Sequence record: PP438435.1 | Direction: 5' to 3' (one strand) | Length of the DNA: 64,000 bases | In this document: positions 27,758-35,115 of the stretch, one piece after another | Position numbering within the stretch: position 1 is the stretch's first letter | How the letters are laid out: every line of letters begins with the position of its first letter | Notes under the pieces: generated by a model | Told to the model about the DNA's origin: nothing | Databases searched by the model: none | The model's input: only the letters and a program-made list of their open reading frames with translations | Program-made: the position numbers and the translations under genes

Positions 27758-29992
27758 TTACCGGCCACCGCTCGCCGAAACGCCACCCGACGAGCCCACG
27801 CTTCCCACCGCGCCAGTGGCCTTCCTCGCGGCCCCGCCCACCTGCCCGACACCGCGCTGTGTGGCAGCCCACCAGGCAATTGCCATCGTGCGCGCCTGCT
27901 CGCCCATGTTGCTCTCGCCGAAGGCCTCCATGCGCGCGCCGATGAAGCGCAGAACGCTGTCAGGCACCAGATGGATCAGACTGAAGCTCCAACGCGCCAG
28001 CACCGCGAGAATGGCGCCCGTCAGGAAGATCCACACGACCATGCCAACGATGCCTGGTGCGGTCACGCCCGGGCCTGCCGACGCGCCCGAAAAAATGTGG
28101 AACGCCTTCAGGACAAAGCCGCCCATGAAGTCGAGCACCAGCATGCCGGCCACGAAGCCCGCGATCATCAGCACGGGGCGAGCGACGAGGCTCACCAGCA
28201 GCATGTAGCCGTCCATGGCGCGCTGGCCCGCAAACCCCTCGCCATCGGGTGCGGCGTGCGCCGCGGCCCAGAGAGGCGCCGCCACAACTGCCTGGACCAA
28301 CATCATCAACCACCCTGCCACACCCGCAATCCAGATCAGCAGCGGCAGCGCTGGCACGATGTACGCCATCGTGGCGCCGACAACAAAAATGGGAACGAGC
28401 GCGGAGAACCCCGCCGACAGCAGTGCAAAGCCGCCGACACCCGACAACGCAGACGCGACTACGGACGCAGCTACGACGACCGCCAGCAACCCTGCACTCA
28501 CGACGAGCAGAATGTGACCCCACCGCACAACCCGCGGAATGAGCCCACTGCCGTCATCGAGCGCCGCCTGCATGATCCAGTCGTAGCCCTCACGTGCCGT
28601 TGCCGCCATACGCCGGCCGAGAGCATCAAAAGCGTCCGTCATCGAAGGGCCTGCCATCAGCGCTCCGGTCATTGAGGGCGCTGCCCACATGGCGATCGCC
28701 GAAGTGTCGCCTTCGACGTCCGGGTGCACGTAGGTCGCGGCCGCATCCTCATTGCGCGGAATGATCTGCCTGGCAGCGACGATGTGCGGCACGACGTCCT
28801 GAGCAACAGCAGGAGGCAACTGCCCCGGTGCTGGCTCATCGAACAGCGGCTCCGCATTGATGCTTTCGTTCATCCGCGCATCAAAAGCGGCGAAGGTCAT
28901 ATAGTACGCGCCTGCGACAAGCCAGCCGTTGGCTTCTGCCGTCGCCATCTGTGCCTGTCGAAGCAGGACCTCAGCCCCATTCTTCGCCTGGTTCGCGAGC
29001 AGCGTGCTTCGGCGCATACGCACCAGGTACTCGCCCTCCAAGCTGACCAGTTCACTCCGCACCTGTTCTGCTGACAAGCCGCCCTCCGTACGGGCGGCGA
29101 CGAGATCCCTGACGCGATCCTGTAGATACAGGATCGCTCGACCCTGCTCGCGCAGCGTGAGCTCAGCCGCCTCCCGCTGGAGGACCGACGATGGCTCGAT
29201 GCCCAGGGGCATCTCACGCTGAAGCGTCACGGCGCCACAGAGCGGAACCGCGGATGCGAGATCGCCTTCTCCCGAATACTTCAGAACCCACTTCGCAGTC
29301 CGGGTGCCCTCCCCGCTCCACGGGAACGCACCCGAGCTATCTTCGACGGTCTCGGTGAACCCGGCCGGCGTGGACACTCCAAAGCTCGAAGCAGCCGCGC
29401 CTGACCCGTCGCCCTCAGCACTCTTGCGAACGGCCGCTGCACACGCCTCCAGCTCGTACAGCTTGCTCGCAACGCTAGCGCTGAAGCGTGGCGGCACGGC
29501 AGGCGCGAGCTCCATGCGCTCACTGAGGTAGTTGTTGCTTCGGCTCCACGCCTGATCAGCGAAGCCGCTGCCCTGCATGCCCACCCACAGCACCATGGCC
29601 TGGATGACCGAGTAGCCGCCCAGACTGAGCGGCGTCAGCATGCCCGCCGCAATCGCCACACGCAGCGGCACCCACACCATGGAGTAACGGCCACCCACCT
29701 TGCCATGCTCGCCGGTCTGCATCAGCGCGCTGATGAAGGTCATCAGCACCAGCAGCACGGCAGCAAGGAGCGCTGCCATGTTCACGACGCCGGCAATCGG
29801 CGCCAGGATCGAATCCGAGTTGCGCGCGGTCTCGATGGCGCGGGCCAAGGTCTCCGCATCGACACCGAAGATCCCCTGCACGGCATCACCGCCGCGAACA
29901 CCCTCCATCTGCTGCTGGGCGAGTGCGGCGCCGCTTGCCAGCAGTGCCGAGAGCGACAGCGCGCTGATTCCCCACTTGCGAGTCCAATTCAT
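27758..29992 (-). CDS. dotA: DotA/TraY type IVB secretion membrane protein
   Basis: WVPLRVAIAAGMLTP, YSVIQAMVLWVGMQG, GW..AGAYY, AYIVPALP..IW, APLWAAAH..PDG..RPVLM. Confidence 0.92.
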   Translation of the reverse strand: MNWTRKWGISALSLSALLASGAALAQQQMEGVRGGDAVQGIFGVDAETLARAIETARNSDSILAPIAGVVNMAALLAAVLLVLMTFISALMQTGEHGKVGGRYSMVWVPLRVAIAAGMLTPLSLGGYSVIQAMVLWVGMQGSGFADQAWSRSNNYLSERMELAPAVPPRFSASVASKLYELEACAAAVRKSAEGDGSGAAASSFGVSTPAGFTETVEDSSGAFPWSGEGTRTAKWVLKYSGEGDLASAVPLCGAVTLQREMPLGIEPSSVLQREAAELTLREQGRAILYLQDRVRDLVAARTEGGLSAEQVRSELVSLEGEYLVRMRRSTLLANQAKNGAEVLLRQAQMATAEANGWLVAGAYYMTFAAFDARMNESINAEPLFDEPAPGQLPPAVAQDVVPHIVAARQIIPRNEDAAATYVHPDVEGDTSAIAMWAAPSMTGALMAGPSMTDAFDALGRRMAATAREGYDWIMQAALDDGSGLIPRVVRWGHILLVVSAGLLAVVVAASVVASALSGVGGFALLSAGFSALVPIFVVGATMAYIVPALPLLIWIAGVAGWLMMLVQAVVAAPLWAAAHAAPDGEGFAGQRAMDGYMLLVSLVARPVLMIAGFVAGMLVLDFMGGFVLKAFHIFSGASAGPGVTAPGIVGMVVWIFLTGAILAVLARWSFSLIHLVPDSVLRFIGARMEAFGESNMGEQARTMAIAWWAATQRGVGQVGGAARKATGAVGSVGSSGGVSASGGR

Positions 29993-30004
29993 CGTGAGTC
30001 TCCT

Positions 30005-30445
30005 CTAGCCCAGCATCAGCACACCGCGCGACGGCGGGTTACGTTTCGCAAACTCCAGCAGCGCATCCGTGACGCACAGAGCTGCGATCTCAAAAGCAAC
30101 GCCCTTCGGGGCGGCGACAACGCGCTGGCGCATCAGCCCTCCCATGTCGGGCACATTCTCGAAGGTGAAAGGACGGCTCCCGCCGCGGTCGAGCCACGCC
30201 TCCGCATAGACCATCCGCGCCTGCTGCACCAGGATGGGCAACAGTTGGTTCGGAATCAGTGCGAAATCAATCGGCATGTCGAAATCACCGTCTTCGTCGA
30301 GCACGCCATTCGGCGGCGCAATATGTTTCACACCCATGTCGATCAAGAGCCCGCGCAGAAGCGCGATCAACTGATCCACCAGGGCGCCTTCGCGAGGCTC
30401 ACCACGGCTGGGGGCCGCGGGGGGCGTACGAGGTGCGCTCGTCAT
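30005..30445 (-). CDS. IcmS-like small protein
   Basis: LLPILVQQA, GGLMRQRVV and LCVTDALLEF..NPPSR align with recalled IcmS blocks; directly upstream of dotA. Confidence 0.5.
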   Translation of the reverse strand: MTSAPRTPPAAPSRGEPREGALVDQLIALLRGLLIDMGVKHIAPPNGVLDEDGDFDMPIDFALIPNQLLPILVQQARMVYAEAWLDRGGSRPFTFENVPDMGGLMRQRVVAAPKGVAFEIAALCVTDALLEFAKRNPPSRGVLMLG

Positions 30446-31616
30446 CTTCAAACTCCAGTTCGTCGCTGTCCTCGTGCGGCACAGAGACCGCCTCCGGAGA
30501 CAGCCAGGTCCAGTCAGCGTCCGGTTCCAAAACCGTCGCGGGCAGCTCTTCCACGGCCAGCCCGCCCGCATCGTTCGGCGCCGCGCCAGATTCGTCAGAG
30601 GACGCGTGCGCGACCGCCGCCAGGCCCGCCCCATCATCCGTCTCCACCGGCTCTTGGAGCGCATCACGCCGCTCCGCGGGAGCCACCAGCGGCTCGCGCT
30701 CACGCGCTACCGCATCCTCAATCACTTCGGGAACCACGCCTTCAGCGCGACGACGCTCCCAGTAGGCGCGATCCGACGCTGACAGGCCGCAGTCGCTGTC
30801 CGCCTTGGACACCTCAGCCGCAGGTGCCATCTTGGAATCCCCATCGCCCTCGCCGCGCTTGAGCGCCGCACGAAGCCGTGGGGCAAGCTCTGGCATGACC
30901 GCGAAACAGCGCTCGATCAGATCGCCAGGCGGTCCTGCCTCTCCGGCTTCGCCGGCATCGTCCTCGATCACCGCCTCGACCGCGTGCGCGATGCCGGGAA
31001 GCGTCAACGACGGCGGCACATCCGCAAGTGCAGCCTCCCCCAGGGTGGTGAGGCCGCCCGCATCCACAAAGCCGCGCTCAACAGCGCGGATCGCATGATC
31101 GGCGATCGACGACGGACGCCCCAAAGACTCGCGAGCGAGTGCCTCGAAAGCCACCTCTTCAGCATCGAAGTCGAAGAGCTCGGCCTGAACGACACGATCG
31201 CATCCGTCAGCGCCTGAGCGTGCCTCGACGGGGAACTCAGGCCCTGGGCGCCACCACGGCAGATCCCGCGCCCACGCGGGCAGCGCACTGGTGTCAGGCC
31301 GTTCGATCTGCACGGGCACCGCAGCGCGCACATTGGATCGCGCCACGCGATCCAGGAAACGCAGCTCCTCAGACAGCAGATGCTGGGGCACACCCGCGAA
31401 CCCCGGCAGCTCACCCCGCAACACATGCACTGCCTCGTGCGGCTTGCGCGGGCCGATTACGACCGGCTCTGCCACGCTGCCAAGCGCGCCGCGATACAAC
31501 CCCGCGACGCGCGCCACGCCTGCGGCGCCCAGAATCCGGGATGACGTCCGCGGATAGCTGATGTCACCGGCCTCATAGCGGTGCTGGATCGTGGCGGCGG
31601 CGGCAGCTACGCGCAC
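30399..31616 (-). CDS. C-terminal half of a split type IA topoisomerase
   Basis: YEAGDISYPRT catalytic motif, PHEAVH, GRPSS..AVERGFV..LTTLG; GGAGG before GTG. Confidence 0.7.
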   Translation of the reverse strand: MRVAAAAATIQHRYEAGDISYPRTSSRILGAAGVARVAGLYRGALGSVAEPVVIGPRKPHEAVHVLRGELPGFAGVPQHLLSEELRFLDRVARSNVRAAVPVQIERPDTSALPAWARDLPWWRPGPEFPVEARSGADGCDRVVQAELFDFDAEEVAFEALARESLGRPSSIADHAIRAVERGFVDAGGLTTLGEAALADVPPSLTLPGIAHAVEAVIEDDAGEAGEAGPPGDLIERCFAVMPELAPRLRAALKRGEGDGDSKMAPAAEVSKADSDCGLSASDRAYWERRRAEGVVPEVIEDAVAREREPLVAPAERRDALQEPVETDDGAGLAAVAHASSDESGAAPNDAGGLAVEELPATVLEPDADWTWLSPEAVSVPHEDSDELEFEDDERTSYAPRGPQPW

Positions 31617-32395
31617 AGGGCCTCCGCACGTGTTTCAACGCCATCTCCGATGCGCAGCGGAACGGGCCGCCCACACAGCGCCCGCACGAGATCGTTGTAG
31701 TCCCAAGCGGCCTGCGGCCGCAGCCACTCACAGCGGACCGCGGCCAAACCGTGCGCGTTTGCGAGTTCGGACACCCGCTGCTTCCACAGCTCGCGCTCCG
31801 CGGCGGTGTACGCCACTTCCGTGCGCCACGCGGGGCCACCATCCACACTCGCGACCACAAGACGCACCACGCCGACGATCGGCGCCCGCCGGCGAAGACT
31901 CGCCAGCAGCGGCGTCAGAATCCGCCCCGCCGGCGCACCGCGACGGCTGAACGTGTGCCCGATGAGGCGATCCAGGATTCGACGCGCGTCGCCTTGACGA
32001 GCAAGACGCGGGTCCATGGCTTCAGGGGCATCGAGCGCCGCGCGAACGCCCTCGATCGTGATGGATCGAATACGAATGCGCACTACGCTGACGGCCAGGC
32101 CTTGGACAACGCCAGCCACATCCCGGGCGATCACATCTCCTTCGGCGTCGTCGTCCGTCGCCAGCAGCACAGCACGGTCTTTGGCTGCCTCGCGCAGTGC
32201 GCGCTCCGTGCGCGCATCCGCTCGCCGCGACGGCTCCTCGTAACGCGGCGTAATCGCAAGCGGCCACAAGCTCGCCGGCGAACGAAAGAAGTGTCCGCGC
32301 GTGGCCACCACACGCCAACCGTAACCCAGACGACGAAGGATGGCCGTGAGCGTGCTCACCTTGCCAGGCGCCTCGATCACGACCACGCCCTGCAT
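31607..32395 (-). CDS. N-terminal (Toprim) half of a split type IA topoisomerase
   Basis: VIEAPGK, ATRGH, LATDDDAEGDVIA, ARRILDRLIG. Confidence 0.8.
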   Translation of the reverse strand: MQGVVVIEAPGKVSTLTAILRRLGYGWRVVATRGHFFRSPASLWPLAITPRYEEPSRRADARTERALREAAKDRAVLLATDDDAEGDVIARDVAGVVQGLAVSVVRIRIRSITIEGVRAALDAPEAMDPRLARQGDARRILDRLIGHTFSRRGAPAGRILTPLLASLRRRAPIVGVVRLVVASVDGGPAWRTEVAYTAAERELWKQRVSELANAHGLAAVRCEWLRPQAAWDYNDLVRALCGRPVPLRIGDGVETRAEALCA

Positions 32396-32396
32396 G

Positions 32397-32987
32397 TCAG
32401 GCGCCCAGCTGAGGCGCCGCAGCGGCGCGGTGCTTGGGAGGATCCAGGTTATCGATCGCGGCGTCGAGCTTGGCCAACACGTCCGTCAGCCCGGGCACAT
32501 CCCTCGGCAGTACGCCGAGCTGCTTCTTGGCGCGCTCCAGTTCGGCCGCGCCCTCGAGCGCCGCCTCAGCGGCGCGTCCCTGGGCCACGCCGTGCTCGTA
32601 GTTGGCGCCCACTGCAGTCAGCATGCGCTCCGCATGCTGACTTACCGCCTCGCCCAGCGCCTTGCGCTGATCCGGCAGTGCCCACATCTCGCCCATCGAC
32701 TTCGCTGCCGCCACACGAACAGGCTCGGGTAGCAGCTCGTTCTTGCGAACCGCCTCAAGCTCGGCCACGGTGCCGGCAGCGTACGGCTGAAGCAGGCCCT
32801 TCAGGTGATCGAAGGCCTGCCGCAGAAGGAACATCGGATTGCCGTCTTCCTCAGCAATCTCCCGCAGCATTCGCTCGCGGCTGCTCTGCGAGACCAAGCC
32901 TCGCAGAGCGACTGCGCGCTGCTCATCCCTGGATCGGCCGAGGCTACGTGCCAACGGCATCTCCGGCGTCAGGTTCATTCCATTCAT
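32397..32987 (-). CDS. Hypothetical helical protein
   Basis: GGAG RBS; in the tra operon; ends APQLGA. Confidence 0.7.
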   Translation of the reverse strand: MNGMNLTPEMPLARSLGRSRDEQRAVALRGLVSQSSRERMLREIAEEDGNPMFLLRQAFDHLKGLLQPYAAGTVAELEAVRKNELLPEPVRVAAAKSMGEMWALPDQRKALGEAVSQHAERMLTAVGANYEHGVAQGRAAEAALEGAAELERAKKQLGVLPRDVPGLTDVLAKLDAAIDNLDPPKHRAAAAPQLGA

Positions 32988-33009
32988 ACGTCCACTCCCT
33001 TCCTTGGGA

Positions 33010-34098
33010 TCAGTCCTGCCGTATCACGCGCGCATGTTCGGCCTGAAGCTGCCGACTGCGCTCATTGAGGCCCTGGTTGGCGATCATTGCCAACAGCAGC
33101 GTCTGTTCCTGCTCGATCTGAAGGCGTTCGGTATCCACCCAGAGCTGGGCCGACATCGTCAGCTGCATCTCGCGCAGCAGACCCGCCTCCGTCTTGGCCG
33201 CCAGCTCGATCGGGCGCTCACTCGACTCGATGCCGTCGATTGCCCACTGTTTGACGGTTGCCAGATAGCTACGTTCGCCCTCGCCTTGCGCGACACGCAT
33301 GGCCGCATGGCGCGCCACGATCTCAGCAGGCAAGGCCGCCGACGCGCGGTAGAGCTCCGCCTTCGCCTCGTACTCGGTGAGCGCCGCCGTGCTGCCACCG
33401 CTGGACGGGGCGCGAGGAACGGGCTCGGGCGTCAGAGCCAGCGAGATCGCGTCGCGGACGCGCTCGGCCTCTTCCACCGGGATTGTGTCTCGCATCAAGT
33501 AGTCCGGCTTCAGTGCGTCCTGCGTGCCGTTGTACTTGGCCAGCGTGGCGCGGAGATTGGCCATCGATCCGGCATAGCTGCCATAGCCCGCAGCATTGGT
33601 CGCGATCGCACGCTGTGATTCCTGGAAGCTGCGATCGCGCACGCGGCTCTGAGCCTGCAGCCGACGCGCATCTGACGTCCGGCGGCACGCGGACGGGGCG
33701 TTCGCTCCCACGGTCACCGTCTGCCCGTTGACCTGCATGGTCATCAAGGTGCCGAAGGTGCGGTTGTAGATAGCCTCTTCCGCAGCCGCGGTCTGCTGGG
33801 CGATGGTCTCGACCATCACGCCGGCATGCTGCTGCAGCGCCTGCTGGGTGCCCAGGGTATTTGCCGCCACCTGCTCGACCACGGCGCCATCGCCCTTCTC
33901 GACGACGATCGACTGCATGACTTGCTCTGCAAGCCACTGCTGCATGATCGGCCAGAATCCCGTGAACCAAGCAATCCACGCAGCAGCATCGCCGCCCGTC
34001 GCTCGCGCCACCGGCGCGGCGGCAACGCCTACACCGAGCACGACTCCCAGAAGGATGCTGGACGCTTTGCCTGCAAAGGTGTTCCGAATCGACATCAC
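33010..34098 (-). CDS. TraW/IcmX-like exported conjugation protein
   Basis: Signal peptide; C-terminal LLREMQLTMSAQLW..E..EQTLLLA pattern; tra context. Confidence 0.55.
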   Translation of the reverse strand: MMSIRNTFAGKASSILLGVVLGVGVAAAPVARATGGDAAAWIAWFTGFWPIMQQWLAEQVMQSIVVEKGDGAVVEQVAANTLGTQQALQQHAGVMVETIAQQTAAAEEAIYNRTFGTLMTMQVNGQTVTVGANAPSACRRTSDARRLQAQSRVRDRSFQESQRAIATNAAGYGSYAGSMANLRATLAKYNGTQDALKPDYLMRDTIPVEEAERVRDAISLALTPEPVPRAPSSGGSTAALTEYEAKAELYRASAALPAEIVARHAAMRVAQGEGERSYLATVKQWAIDGIESSERPIELAAKTEAGLLREMQLTMSAQLWVDTERLQIEQEQTLLLAMIANQGLNERSRQLQAEHARVIRQD

Positions 34099-34532
34099 AC
34101 GCCCTCCGTACTCGGCCGCGCACCCTGCCGCGACTCAAGCGCAAATCGATCAGAGGCCTCGCGCGCCAGCTGGTGGACGTCCTCGGGCGTGTGCGCATCC
34201 GTGATCGCGTCGAGCACGACTTGACAGAGCGCATCGCCGCTGATCGACCCGATGATGCGGCGGATCGCGCTGCCAATGCCGGCACCGATGCGCCCGAATC
34301 CGCCCATGTTGATGGTTCGCGCCAGGCAGCCCAGGTTGTACTTGCGCAGCGCCGGCGTGATCGCGCGACGCACATTCTGCGTACTGAGGGCCCCCATCCG
34401 ATCAGCGATGGAGTTGCCCGCCTGACTGACGACGCAGTCCTCCTGGGAGGCCTGAGCCAGGGCACCGGTGCTGAAGACGAGCGCGGCACAGGCGAGTGCA
34501 ATGGCGAGAAACTGTTTGATCCGATCGAACAT
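34095..34532 (-). CDS. Small exported protein with three mature-region Cys
   Basis: Signal peptide ending ALA-Q; coupled to the traW-like gene. Confidence 0.65.
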   Translation of the reverse strand: MFDRIKQFLAIALACAALVFSTGALAQASQEDCVVSQAGNSIADRMGALSTQNVRRAITPALRKYNLGCLARTINMGGFGRIGAGIGSAIRRIIGSISGDALCQVVLDAITDAHTPEDVHQLAREASDRFALESRQGARPSTEGV

Positions 34533-34543
34533 GGCTTCCTTCC

Positions 34544-34972
34544 TTACATCGACGGGGACACACGGACGACTTCACGCGTCCGGTAGATGATGCGCGTCAG
34601 CGCGAACACGGCACGCAGAAACCCCGCCCGCCCTGCGACCAGCGCGGCCAGAACGGAGCCCGGCCGAACCGCAGCCTCGACGTCCGCCAACCAGTTCTCG
34701 TCGTAGCGCTCGACGGCGCCAAAGAGGCGCAGCGACTCCGGTGCAGGAAGCAGAGCGAACACGCGCGCCGTCAGCCTCGGGTTGCGACGCAAACGCTGCA
34801 TGATCTCCCCGTCGTGCCGCTCGACAGAGGCCAGCAGACGCGCGTACAGACGCTGACCATTCACTGACAGCGGCGGGATCCAGCCCTCGGCTTCCTGGAG
34901 CGCGTTCGCGACCAGGCCCACCTCGATGGAGCCGTCAAAGATCGATCTCTGGAGAGCCAGGGCGTGCCGCAT
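34544..34972 (-). CDS. IcmW-like protein
   Basis: LQEAEGW, ESLRLFGAVER and FLRAVFALTRII resemble recalled IcmW blocks; divergent from dotL. Confidence 0.55.
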   Translation of the reverse strand: MRHALALQRSIFDGSIEVGLVANALQEAEGWIPPLSVNGQRLYARLLASVERHDGEIMQRLRRNPRLTARVFALLPAPESLRLFGAVERYDENWLADVEAAVRPGSVLAALVAGRAGFLRAVFALTRIIYRTREVVRVSPSM

Positions 34973-35115
34973 GCGACGATGCCTTCAATTTTTAGCGGAA
35001 TGCGTCCAGAATACGCCAACGCCGACGCGCTCTGCAATGCGTGATCGAAGGCTCCCGATCGGGCCCGAATCTTGCCTCTCAGCCCCTTCGCCCCATCCCA
35101 AGGACACGACACACG

